A stretch of 64,000 bases of DNA from Squalus acanthias (lineage: Eukaryota). The translations under genes were made by a program, and so were the position numbers. The notes beneath the pieces were generated by a model. The model was not told where the DNA came from and did not search any database. It saw only the letters and a list, made by a program, of their open reading frames with translations. The stretch covers positions 28,770,001-28,834,000 of the forward strand of contig CM059432.1 in NCBI GenBank assembly GCA_030390025.1, read 5' to 3'. This document shows, piece after piece, positions 22,311-35,104 of the stretch (its first letter is position 1; each line of letters begins with the position of its first letter).

Positions 22311-25040
22311 AAACATAGAAAAATAGGAGCAGGAGTAGGCCATTCGGCCCTTCGAGCCTGTTCTGCCATTCGAGCCTGCTCTGCCATTCAATATCATGGC
22401 TGACCCTCTATATCAAAACCATATTCCCACTCTCTCCCCATACCCCTTGATGCCTTGTGTCTAGAAATCTATCTATCTCCTTCTTAAATATATTCAGTGA
22501 CTTGGCCTTCACAGCCTTCTGTGGTAGAGAATTCCACAGGTTCACCACCCTCTGAGTGAAGAAATTTCTCATCTCAGTCCTAAATGTCCTACCCCGTATC
22601 CTGAGCCTGTGACCCCTCATTCTAGACCCCCCCCCCCAGCCAGGGGAAACACCCTCCCTGCATCCAGTCTGTCTAGCCCTGTCAGAATTTTAAACATTTC
22701 AATTAGATCCCCTCTCATTCTTCTAAACTCTAGTGAATACAGGCCTAGTCGACCCAATCTCTCCTCATAAGACAGTCCTGCCATCCCAGGAATCAGTCTG
22801 GTGAACCTTCGCTGCACTCCCTCTATGGCAAGTATATCCTTTCTTAGGTAAGGAGACCAAAACTGCACACAGTACTCCAGGTGTGGTCTCACCAAGGCCC
22901 TGTATAACTGTAGTAAGACATCCTTGCTCCTGTACTCAAATCCGCTTGCAATGAAGGTCAACATACCATTTGCCTTCCTAACTGCTTGCTGCAGCTGCAT
23001 GTTTGCTTTCAGTGAGTGGTGTACAAGGACACCCAGGTCTCTTTGTACATCAACATTTCCCAATCTATCACCATTTAAATATTCCTCTGCCTTTCTGTTT
23101 TTCCTACCGAAGTGGATAACTTCACATTTATCCATGTTATACTGCATCTGCCATGTATTTGCCCACTCACTCAACTTGTCTAAATCGCCTTGAAGCCTCT
23201 TTGCATCCTCCTCACAACTCAAAATCCCACCTTGTTTCGTGTCGTCAGCAAACTTGGAAATATTACATTTGGTTCCCTCATCCAAATCATTGATATATAA
23301 TGTGAATAGCTGGGGCCCAAGCACTGATCCCTGTGGTACCCCACTAGTCACCCCGAAAAAGACCCATTTTTTCTTACTCTGTTTCCTGTCTGTTAAACAA
23401 TTTTCAATCCATGCCAGTATATTACCCCCAATCCCATGTGCTTTAATTTTGCACACTAACCTCTTATGTGGGACTTTATCAAAGGCCTTCTGAAAATCCA
23501 AATACACCACATCCACTGGTTCTCCCTTATCTATTCTACCAGTTACATCCTCAAAAACGATTTCCCTTTCATAATTCCATGTTGACTTGGTCTAATCCCG
23601 TTGATATTTTCCAAGTGTCCTGTTATCACGTCCTTTATAATAGACTCTAGCATTTTCCCTACTACTGATGTTAGGCTAACCGGTCTGTAGTTCCCCGTTT
23701 TCTCTCTCCCTCCTTTTTTAAATGGTGGGGTTACATTTGCCACCCTCCAATCTGCAGGAACTGTTCCATAATCTATAGAATTTTGGAAGATGACAACCAA
23801 TGCATCCACTATTTCCATGGCTACCTCTTTCAGTACTCTGGGATGCAGATTATCAGGCCCTGGGGATTTATCAGCTTTCAGTCCCATTAATCGCTCCAGC
23901 ACTATTATTTTACTAATACTAATTTCCTTTAATTCCTCCTTCTCACTAGACCCTTGGTTCCCTAGCATTTCTGAGAAGTTATTTGTGTCCTCTTCCGTGA
24001 AGACAGAACCAAAGCATTTGTTTAATTGCTCTGTCATTTCCTCATTCCCCACTATAAATTCTCCTGTCTGACTGTAAAGGACCTACATTTACCTTCGCCA
24101 GTCTTTTCCTTTTCACATACCTATAGAAGCTTTTACAATCCGTTTTTAGATTTTGCGCTAGTTTGTGCTCATATTCTATTTTCCCCTTTATGAATTTCTT
24201 GGTCCCCCTTTGCTGATTTCTAAAAAGATCCCAATCCTCTGGCTGACCGCTTTTTCTGGCAACTTTATAAGCTTCCTCCTTTGACTTAATACTAGCTTTA
24301 ATTTCTTTTGTTAGCCATGGTTGGATCACTTTTCCTTTTGGGTTTTTATGCCCTAGAAGAATATATGTTTGTTGCAAATTATGCATTATTTCCTTGAATG
24401 TTAGCCATTGTATGTCCACCTTCATACCTTTTAGTGTAGTCTCCCAATCTACCATGGCCAACTTGTCCCTCATACCCTTGTAGTTTCCTCTGTTTAGATT
24501 GAAGACCTTAGTTTCAGATTGGACATCACTCAAACTTAATGTAAAATTCAATCATATTATGCTCACTTGTCCCTAAAGGCCCCTTTACCACAAGATTATT
24601 GATTAGCCCTTTCTCATTACACAGTACCAGATCCAGAATAGCCTGTTCCCTGGTTGGTTCCTCCACATACCAATCCAGGAAACCATCTCTCATGCATTCC
24701 AAGAATTCGTCCTCCACACCATTAGTGGTAATTTGATTTGCCCAGTCAATTGTAAATTAAAGTCCCCCATGATTACCGCATTGCCCTTGTTACATGCACT
24801 TCTAATTTCTTGATCGATACTGTGCCCTACATTACCACTACTGTTTGGTGGCCTATACACAACTCCCACCAATGTTTTCCACCCTTTGCTGTTTCTTAGT
24901 GATCTGTCGAGCCAAGATCTTTTATCTCTACCGTACCGATCTCATCCCTTATTAACAGCGCTACGCCACCTCCTTTTCCTTTTTGTCTGTCCTTCCTAAA
25001 TGTTGAGTACCCTGGAACATTCAGTTCCCAGCTTTGGTCC
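22311..25040 (-). mobile_element. CR1 LINE, near-complete ORF2 with frameshifts
   Basis: Collinear ORF pieces 24690-24872 (EN), 24526-24717, 24042-24551, 23543-24052, 22617-23516 (RT), 22408-22620. Confidence 0.93.
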
Positions 25041-25119
25041 AGGTACAGAGATTATTAAAATGTCATGAATAGATACAGAAAATAATCAAAAAGGCTTTTA
25101 ATTATTATCTATTTATATC

Positions 25120-26003
25120 TAGAGGACTAGAATAGCATAACTACAACTATAGCCATACAAAGCCCTGGTTAGTTCACACCTGCAGTGCGGTGAGCAGTTC
25201 TGGGCACCACATCTTAGGAAGGATATATTGGCCTTGGAGGGAGTGCAGCGTAGGTTTACCAGAATGATACCTGGACTCCAGGGGTTAAAATACGAGGAGA
25301 GATTACACAAACTAGGGTTGTATTCTCTGGAATTTAGACGGTTAACAGGTGATTTGATCGACGTTTTCAAGATATTAAGGGGAACTGATAGGATAGATAG
25401 AAACTATTTCCGCTGGTTGGGGAGTCTAGGACTAGGGGACATAGTCTACAAATTAGAGCCAGATCTTTTAGGAAACACTTTTACACACAAAGTGTGGTAA
25501 AAGTTTGGAACGCTCTTCTGCAAACGGCAACTGATACTAGATCAATTATTAATTTTAAATCTGAGATTGATAGATTTTTGTTAAGCAAAGGTATTAAGGG
25601 ATATGAGGCAAAGGCAGATATATGGAGTTAGGTTGCAGCTCAGCCATGATCTCAATGAATGGGAGAACAGGCTCGAGGGGCTAAATGGCCTACTCCTGTT
25701 CCAATGTTCCTAGATGTTACAAAAATTGCCTGTATGGTTGATAGTGAGGAAGAAAGCTGTAGACTGTAGGAAGATATCAATGGACTGGTCAGGTGGGCAG
25801 AAAAGTGGCAGATGGAATTCAATCCGGAGAAGTGTGAGGTAATACATTCGGGGAGGGCTAACAAGCCATGGGAATACACAATCAATGGTAGGATACTGAG
25901 AAGTGTAGAGGAACAGAGAGACCTTGGAGTGCATGTCCACAGATCCCTGAAGATAGCAAGACAGGTAGATAAGATAGTTAAGAAAGCCTACGGGATACTT
26001 TCC
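25120..26003 (+). mobile_element. Two adjacent CR1 fragments (about 25120-25710 and 25730-26003)
   Basis: LEGVQRRFTRMIPGL; MEFNPEKCEVIH. Confidence 0.85.
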
Positions 26004-27179
26004 TTAAACACTTACAGCTACATGACTGAACTCAACACCTGTGTGCATGCAGAATCACAGATGAAGATCTGCATTCCAACACTGACAAAGTGCATTAGGG
26101 CATTCCAAAGATTAAGTGAGCAACACTGGTCTAGAACATTTGTAAGCTGTTCCAGTGCAGTAACCTTATTGGATCTGTTTGCACAAACATGTTGCAAAGG
26201 GAGGTTTGACCATTAATTGATTTATTTCACTTTTAAGAATATGTGTTTAAAGGTGGCTGCAGAACTCTTTAGAATGGTGTTCTTAAACAAAAGCGGTTTT
26301 GTAGCAGCAGTCGTCTGGTATCATGGTCAAGTGTAGAGCCTAGGCAGTGAACATAAATGGGTTATTTGACTATGGAGGTCATCACAGCCAATCCTGACCA
26401 TCTTCATCAGGTACCTAAATGCCCAATTTTATAGAAGGATCATTGCCTGGCAATCAGGTGTAGAAATCCTGACAGATTCTAATCCTCCCATTAATCCAGG
26501 ATCCACTGCCACACCAACTGAGATTAGTTTTTTTTTTAAAACAAATCGTTATTTAAAATTAATTCTCAGGATTTCGGCAACACTGGCAACGTCAAATTTA
26601 TTGCCCTTCCACAGTTGCCCAGAGAAGGTGGTGATGAGCCTTCTCTATTGAATTTTCCAGTCCTTGACTGATGGTACTTCCAAAATGGTATTAAGTAGGG
26701 AAATCCAGGACTTTTAACTGAGCGATGAAGGAATGGCAGTTTATTTTCAAGAGGAACATAACAGCTGAATTCTGATCCTGTCCTCATCAAATGTTCACAC
26801 ATGCACTTCCAGCAGGGATAAACTCAGCACAGACCATGGGTTAGCGGTGTGGCTCAGCTACACACAGGATAAACTCATTGAGCCATTTAAAAAAAAAACA
26901 TAAGGTCAAGTTTCATAATTCAGGTTGCTACCAGAGTTGAATAGAAAAGAGTGACAAATCAGAGTTTTATACCACAGGAGCTATCTACTTAATCACAATC
27001 CCCAAGCCCTTTTAAAGTTTCCTTTTTCAAATATTTATTCCCATCCTTTTGAAAAGCTATTATGCATTCTGCTTCCACCACTGTTCTGAGTTAGGGCCAT
27101 ACCATGTCCTAATTACCCTTGAGTAAAAAACACTAAGTTTGGTGATGGTCTTTTTGTGCTCTCTAGTTACCAACTCATT

Positions 27180-28080
27180 TGTCAGTGTGGTTGATAATGA
27201 AGAAGAAAGCTGTAGACTGCAGGAAGCTATCAATGAACTGGTCAGGTGGGCAGAACAGTGGCAAATGGAATTCAATCCTGAGAAGTGTGAGGTAATGCAT
27301 TTGGGGAGGGCCAACAGGCAAGGGAATACACATTAAATGGTAGGACACTGAGAAGAGTAGAGGAATAAAGGGACCTTGGAGTGCAGGTCCACAGATCCCT
27401 GAAGGTAGCAGGCCTAGTAGATAAGGTGGTTAAGAAGGCATATGGAATACTTGCCTTTATTAGCAGAGGCTTAGAATACAAGAACAGGGAGGTTATGCTT
27501 GAACTGTATAAAACACTAGTTAGGCCGCAGCTAGAATACTGCGTGCAGTTCTGGTCACCACATTACAGGAAAGATGTGATTGCACTAGAGAGGGTACAGA
27601 GGAGATTTACGAGGATGTTGCCTGGGCTGGGGAATTTTAGCTATGAGGAAAGATTGGATAGGCTGGGTTTGTTTTCTTTGGAACAGAGGAGGCTGAGGGG
27701 AGACCTAATTTGAGGTGTATAAAATTATGAGGGGCTTAGATAGAAAGGATAGGAAGGACCTATTTCCCTTAGCAGAAGGGTCAATAATCATGGGGCATAG
27801 ATTTAAAGTAATTGGTCGGAGGCTTAGAGGGGATGTGAGGGGAAATTTCTTCACCCAGGGGATGTTGGGGGTTCTGGAACTCACTGCCTGAAAGGGTGGT
27901 AGAGGCAGAAACCCTCATCACACTTAAAAAGTGCTTGGATTTGCACTTGAAGTGCCGTAACCTACAGGGCTACAGATCAAGAGCTGAAAAGTGGGATTAG
28001 GCTGGATAGCTCTTTGTCGGCCGGCACGGACAAGATGGGCTGAAAAGGCCTCCTTTCGTGCTGTAAATTTTTATGATTCT
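27180..28080 (+). mobile_element. CR1 LINE 3' fragment
   Basis: WQMEFNPEKCEVMH, RPQLEYCVQFWSP, 3' tail. Confidence 0.9.
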
Positions 28081-28368
28081 AAGTAGTTTCACTCCCCCCA
28101 CCCATTTACCTTATAAATTCTCAATTTAGAATAATTCAATCAAATATCCTCAACCTTCTCATGAAAAGGGCCCCAATCTAGAAGACTAGGTTAAGTAAAG
28201 TGGCAGTGACTAGATGTCACTGAGCTTGTTTTTAAAAGCCTATAGGTTGCAACAGGAAGGCAAAATGGAGTTCTACAAATTTGTGGCCTTGGGAAAGAAC
28301 AAGTCAATAAATCTTGTGCCTATTAAACCAAGAAGAAAATGATAGTCATTCTGTCAGAGAACACATAC

Positions 28369-28513
28369 CTTAAGTTTGGAACTCGGGTTGAGCATGATGT
28401 ATTTAATGAGTCCCTGGACATTTTCTGTCCATGATGCCAGCCAGGTTACTTTATTATCGAAACGCACCTCCTTCCACTCGTGATTTTCTGGGGGAACTGG
28501 GATCTGGGAATCC
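28369..28513 (-). CDS. TOP1MT: Topoisomerase IB core exon, 145 bp ([48 protein letters not shown])
   Basis: TTCAG acceptor, AAG|GTATG donor; ends SKLK (TOP1MT type) rather than SRIK (TOP1 type). Confidence 0.98.
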
Positions 28514-29627
28514 CTGAATAAAATAAGCTTAATTTAGAAAAACAGTCTGTCTGAACAGGTTAGATAGACTATCGCAAATTATATTTGTGAACTAGACTAC
28601 TCGGTGACAGATCAGCAGACTGGTTTCATTTAAATGTATAGAAGGTGACAGGGCAGCCTCCTGTATTGCATTCAGGATTTAAGATATCCTGAGTTCAGTG
28701 ATATTTTAAAGAGCCTTTACGACAAAGATTTTTTAGTACCTGGGTGCTTGGGTATAGAACTATAACTGATTATCTAACAAGGAAAAAGATTGCACTGACT
28801 ATGTATACAGCCCAACAGCCATTAGCTCCGAAAATATGCATGCCAGCAATCCCAGCATTTACGTTGGGTCATGTCTATCAATGCCTTTCTGCTGACCCTT
28901 CCGGAGACTGCAGGATCAGGAGGAGGGCACCTAAATTACATGGGGCTAATGGAAACCTGCCTGCCCCAAGCTGCTGTGAAATCCAGCCTCAACCTGCCAA
29001 GTCACCCCCACCACCAGAAACTTAGCAATTTGACTAGTGTAATACCCTTGCACAAGGGGACACTGAAAGTACCAACTTAATAATGCTACCAGATCTGCCT
29101 ATTTTTGATTGACGCTCCCTGCTGGGAGCAGGAGGCTAGTGAAATTACTTTTATAAAAAAAGAGAGACACAGAGAGAGACAGGTAAGTAAGTGCAGGTCT
29201 TTGTGTCTCTGCTTCTTTTCCTTTGGGTGACAAGTTATTTTCCCTTGCTTGGACTCCCAAGATGGGCCCCACTTCTGCTGGGTTACTTTGCGCTTCATAT
29301 AAAACAGCAAGGCAATTCCCCCCTCTGCACCCCACACAAATAGAAGTGATTGTCACAAGAAACAAGTGAAACTCAGCCACAACCATAGGTAAGGGTATTA
29401 AGGGATATTGAACCAAGGTGGATAAATGAAGTTGATACAGATCAGCCATGATCTAAGAGGAAAATAAGAACGGGAATAGGCCATGTTAAGCAATGGGATC
29501 AGTTCACATGTTCAAATGGCATGGGTGAGAGGAACAAGGTGGAAAGATAAAAGAGAGGACCTAAACAACAGGGCAGGCTGGATTCTCTGTATTGCTATTT
29601 CTTGCATTCATCACATAAACCACTTAC

Positions 29628-29815
29628 TTGCTGCAGTTGATAATAACATCTTCAGGCAAGATCCTTTTCTTTAGCTTTCCCATCTTTGGATGGTTGCCTC
29701 GCCCACGAAACAGCCCCGGTGGCTCAATTTTGAAGTTGGCGATTCTCTCCCGATGCCCATCCATTACACAGTAGCCATACTCCTCGGTGATTGCATCTTG
29801 CTCTAACTTTAGTTT
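29628..29815 (-). CDS. TOP1MT: Topoisomerase IB core exon, 188 bp ([62 protein letters not shown])
   Basis: CAG acceptor, GTAAGT donor; invariant [19 protein letters not shown] motif. Confidence 0.98.
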
Positions 29816-29919
29816 CTGTGGGGAAAGAGTGGACTTTCACTGGACAATTCTAAGTTTATTGAGATTTAGGGGTCCATGTACAGAAATCAAACTAGAGGAC
29901 AGGAACATTTTTTTTTTTT

Positions 29920-30655
29920 AAAAAGGCTAATGGAATGTTGGCCTTTATCTGAAGGGGGCCAAGGTGGATAAATTGGAGTTGATACAGATCAGCCATGATC
30001 TAATTGAATGGCGCAACAGCCTTCAGGGGCTGAGTGGCCTATTCCCGTTCCTATTTTCCTCTATTCAATTAGATCATGGCTGATCTGTATCAACTCCATT
30101 TATCCACCTTGGTTCAATATCCCTTAATACCCTTACCTAACAAAGATCTATCAATCTCAGTTTTGAAATTTTCAATTGACCTATCTTCAGCAATTTTTTT
30201 TTTTGGGGGGGAAAAGAGAGCTCCAGATTTCCACCACCCTTTGTATGAAGTAATGCTTCCTGATATCACCCCTGAACGTCCTAGCTCTAATTTTAAGATT
30301 TAGGCCCTCTTGTTCTAGACTCCCCCACCAGAGGAAATAGTTTCTTTTTATCTACCGTATCAAATCCTTTAATTATCTTAAATACCTCAATTAGTTCACC
30401 CCATAATCTTCTGCACTCAAAAGGAATACAAGTCTAATCTATGCAATCTGTCCTCATAATTTAACCCTTTTAGCCTGATACCATTCGGGTGAATCCGCAC
30501 TACTACCGAGGACAAAATATCCTGCCGGAGGTGCAGTGACCAGAACTGAACGCAGTACTCCAGGTGCAGTCTAATCAGAGCTTTATACAACTGTAGCATA
30601 ACGTCCACCCTTTTTTATTCCAGCCCCCATGAGATGAAGGCCAACATTCCATTCA
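29920..30655. mobile_element. Tail-to-tail CR1 3' fragments (+ about 29920-30060; - about 30063-30655)
   Basis: gatcagccatgatctaattgaat on both strands; LHLEYCVQFWS on the minus strand. Confidence 0.82.
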
Positions 30656-31251
30656 TTCCATTTTGTTTGTGAGGTCATCAGTACCATTGAGTAACGGTTT
30701 CAGTGCACTCATGTGATATGACTAGTGTCGTCTCTGGACTGGCAGTTTTGCACTTAGCAGTTTATGCTTTGTACATTTTTATGATTCAAACATTCAGAAA
30801 AGACTCAAAAGGCCACAAAATATTTTGGAAATGAATCCTAGAAGTCTGAAGCAAAAACCCCACTGCTGGTAATATGCACATCAGGTCAACCAATATTCAT
30901 CAGAGAAAAGGTTTATAAATATGTTGGGCAGGATTCACCAAATCTCAACTAACTTGTTAGAAATGGACTGCAAATAGTATAGCAAGACACATGCTTGCCA
31001 CAGCTGCACCAATATCAATATAGTCACCACAGCCAATCACTTCTGGATTTCTTCCCCACGTTCTGCCTTTGAACTCTAGCCTCAGACACATAGAAAATGT
31101 GCTGGATCACATCACCTGACTTAACCAGTATCAATCTACAGCCAGAATAGCAAGTATCTGAATTTATTTTATATAAAAACTTACATTTATTTACATAGTT
31201 TAATTTCACCATATTTGTTGTCTGTGCTATTTATGTTTTACTCATACTCAT

Positions 31252-32800
31252 AATATCTCCAAGTTTGCAGATGACACAAAGCTGGGTGGGCGTGTGTGTT
31301 GTGAGGAGGATGCAGAGAAAAGACATACATGCTCTCGAGGCAGTACAAAGAAGGTTCACTCGGTTAATCCCGGGGATGAGGGGGTGGACATACGAGGAGA
31401 GGTTGAGTAGATTGGGACTCTACTCATTGGAGTTCAGAAGAATGAGAGGCGATCTTATTGAAACATATAAGATTGTGAAGGGGCTTGATCGGGTGGACGC
31501 GGTGAGGATGTTCCCAATGATGGGTGAAACTAGAACTAGGGGACATAATCTTAGAATAAGGGGCTGCTCTTTCAAAACTGAGATGAGGAGAAACTTTTTC
31601 ACTCAGAGGGTAGTGGATCTGTGGAATTTGCTACCCCAGGAAGCTGTGGAAGCTACTTCATTAAATAAATTTAAAACAGAAATAGACCGTTTCCTAGAAG
31701 TAAAGGGAATTAGGGGTTACGGGGAGCGGGCTGGAAATTGGACATGAGTTTGAGTTCGGATCGGTCAAGGCCCTGTGGGTGGCGGAGCGGGCCCAGGGGC
31801 CGAGTGGCCTGGTCCTGCTCCTTCTTCTTCTTCGTGTTCTTTAGAGTTGAGGTTGGATCAGATCAGCCATGATCTCATTGAATGGCGGAGCAGGCTCGAG
31901 GGGCCGATTGGTCTACTCCTGCTCCTATTTCTTATGTTCTTATGTTCTTAAACTCCAGTATGATTTGGACAAGTTGGGTGATTGGGTAGATGCAGTATAA
32001 TGTGGATAAATGCGAGGTTATCCACTTTGGTGGCAAAAACAGGAAGGCAGATTATCTGAACGGCAATAGATTGGGAAAAGGGGAAGTGCAACGAGACCTG
32101 GGAGTCCTTGTGCACCAGTCGTTGAAGGTAAGCATGCAGATACAGCAAGCGGTTAAGGCGGCAAATGGTATGTTGGCCTTCATAGCGAGAGGATTCGAGT
32201 ACAGGAGCAAGGATGTCTTGCTGCAGTTGTACAGGGCCTTGGTGAGACCACACCTTGAGTATTGTGTGCAGTTTTGGTGGCCTTATCTGAGGAAGGATGT
32301 TCTTGCCATGGAGGGAGTGCAGCGAAGATTCACCAGACTGATACCTGGGATGGCAGGAATGACATATGAAGAGAGATTGGGACGATTGGGCTTGTATTCG
32401 CTAGAGTTTAGAAGAATGAGAGGGGATCTCATTGAAACTTATAAAATTCTAACAGGACTAGACAGACTGGATGCAGGAAGGATGTTCCCGATGGCAGGGG
32501 AGTCCAGAACCAGGGGTCACAGTCTAAGGATAAGGGGTAAGCCATTTAGGACTGAGATGAGGAGGAATTTCTTCACCCAGAGAGTGGTGAACCTGTGGAA
32601 TTCTCTACCACAGAAGGCAGTTGAGGCCAATTCATGAAATATATTCAAGAAGGAGTTAGATATATTTCTTAAGGCTAAAGGGATCAAGGGATATGGGGAG
32701 AAAGCAGGGACAGGGTACTGAATTTGGATGATCAGCCATGATCTCATTAAATGGCGAAGCTGGGCCGAATGGCCTACTCCTGCTCTTATCTATGTTTCTA
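31252..32800 (+). mobile_element. CR1 3' fragment (31252-31320 + 31950-32800) with a second CR1 3' fragment nested at about 31321-31949
   Basis: Host reads EEDAEK|LQYDLDKLG across the insertion; both pieces have 3' tails. Confidence 0.88.
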
Positions 32801-33569
32801 TTCTGCCTTTCTCTTCTGAAGACACCAAGGTAACGGCCCATGTACAGCAGTAGCCTGTTAGCACCTTAGCCAAGTGGTCAGTCCTTAAATGTGAGCTTTG
32901 ACAATCAGTGGAGTCAGCCTATTTGCTGACAGGAGCATCACATCCTATACTCACTATGTTCTCATGCACGGTCCTGCAGAAGTCACCCGATAGTGATCAG
33001 GAGTGAGAGTGCTGGATAATTTTGGCTTGCCTAGTCCTGGGGTGCTTAGGCCAATTATGCCATCCCTATTACTGCCCGTGGTACTGATCAGCTCACTCAA
33101 CACCAACTGGGAAGTGAACCTGGTCTGTATGGTTCAATTCCACACTGTCTTCATCAATGGAGCCATCAGCTTCTATTTGTTCTGTAAACAGAATGTGCAT
33201 CAGGGCAGCTGGTCAAAATAAGCTAGTCATGTTACAGACAAGGCGCCAACCTCATGAATCCTCCATTTCCATGTTCGCCATGAGGTGCTTTTTGCTCTGG
33301 GTAAGGGATACATTTTTGTATTCATTAAGTCGACTGATGTTGGCAGTAAGAAATTCAATCTTTTTTCAATTCTGTCACCACCGTCACTGACAGGTTAGGT
33401 ATAGCCAAGTTTAAATGCAGAGCAAAGATTTCTTTAATCTGTATCTCACACCAACTCCTACACCACCAGTGACATTTTTGCATTTCTCATACCAATCATC
33501 CTCTGGCCTCAGTGGGACTGGCTAATAATAATTGGTGCTAAGGCAGCAGTTTATGACGTCAGCCTATAT

Positions 33570-33925
33570 CTCATTGAAACATAAGATTCTGAGAGGACTT
33601 GACAGGGTAGATGCTGATCAGCTGTTTTCCCTGGCTGGAGAGTCTAGAACTAAGGAGCATAGTCTCAGGTTAAGGTGTTGGCCATTTAGGACTGAGATGG
33701 GGAGAAATGTCTTCACTCTTTGGAATTCTCTACCCCAGAAGGCAGTGGACTCTCCGTCGTTGAGTATATTCAAGTATATTCATAGATTTTTGGATTCTAG
33801 GGGAATCGAGGGATATGGGGATCAGACGGGAAAGTGGAGTTGAGGTCGAAGATCAGCCAATATCGTATTGAATGGCGGAGCAGGCTCGAGGGGTCTTTGG
33901 CCTACTCCTGCTCCTATTTCTTATG
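33570..33925 (+). mobile_element. Short CR1 3' fragment
   Basis: KILRGLDRVD...LWNSLPQKAV and 3' stem-loop. Confidence 0.85.
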
Positions 33926-34094
33926 CACAGTACAAAACTGGGCTGAGACTGTCTCAGGTCATTTCAAGTCTTACACCCAGAGACATTTTTTTTAAATAAA
34001 GTCAGTTGGATAAAAGCATGGAAATCCATGACTATGCTAAAGAATTTTCTAAGTAAGCTATTGATAAATGTAGGATTTTCGTTGGCCAGGCGGA

Positions 34095-34220
34095 GGTCAC
34101 CAACCTGAAACGTTAACTTTGCTTCTCTTGCCAGAGGCTGCCTGACCTGCTGAGTATTTCCAGCATTTTCTGTTTTATTTCAGATTTCCAGCATCTGCAG
34201 TATTTTGCTTTTGTATTAGA
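34095..34220 (+). repeat. Short interspersed repeat remnant, probably a Penelope-type pLTR
   Basis: cctgaaacgttaac...gacctgctgagtatttccagcattttctgttttatttcagatttccagcatctgcag; related pieces at about 565-650, 37800-37840 and 42350-42430. Confidence 0.5.
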
Positions 34221-34981
34221 GCTTATTGTGCAGATTGGCAGCAGCAAAGGCTTATGGAAGTATATGCAAGGATAGTGCTGGTATTTAACCAGCTGAAACC
34301 ACAAGTTGACAAGGACAGAGCACGAGTAAGCTTTCCCTCGCTAGTCTAACTAGGAACAGTTACGACTGAATGAAAGGGATTTCAATCTCCAGGGGTAGGT
34401 TATCCCATCAGGTCCCATTAATGCACCAGGCTGCCTGATCAATAATCAACAGTCCCTTGGAGTACTATGGAAGTGGAGAAGCCAACAGTAGAGATGGAGA
34501 GATTTTACCCCAACACATCAGTATGAACCAGGTTACCACAGAAGTTCACAGCAAACGAGGCAGCCATTTCAACTACTGAGTCTGTGCAGCCTCTTTGATG
34601 GAGCAATTCAAACAAATTCCACTACCGAACGCTCTCCCCATAACACTGTCTTAAAGAGTTTTCCCACAACTGATGTTAGACTAACTGGTCTCTAGTTACC
34701 TATTTTATCTTTCTCTCTCTTATTGATCAAAGATATTGTATTGGTTTATCTCCAATCCTATGACAAATTTGCATATTTATAGAGCAGACAAGTTTGGGCT
34801 CGACTGTGATGTGCCTCCCTGCTTGAACAGCTTGCTGGCATTCACTATCTAGGCTCACACATGAATAGTCATTTGGGTGAGCTGCCAATACCTGTTGGAT
34901 TGTACCCCAGCATGAATCAGTGCCCAAGGACAGGAGAGGAAGTTAGCAACAATTTCTTCTACTTGACAAATATATTCTCAC

Positions 34982-35104
34982 CTGCTTCTCCTCCTTGGGC
35001 AACGTTTTCTTGGCCTCTGCTTTTTCAGTGAAGTAGCGATGCAGGTTGCTGAAATCGCATTTATTTAGGTTGGTGATCATCATCCTCTCATACTCGTTCA
35101 TTTC
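34982..35104 (-). CDS. TOP1MT: Topoisomerase IB core exon, 123 bp (EMNEYERMMITNLNKCDFSNLHRYFTEKAEAKKTLPKEEKQ)
   Basis: CAG acceptor, CAG|GTGAG donor; KCDF..HRYF and EEKQ resemble TOP1MT. Confidence 0.96.
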
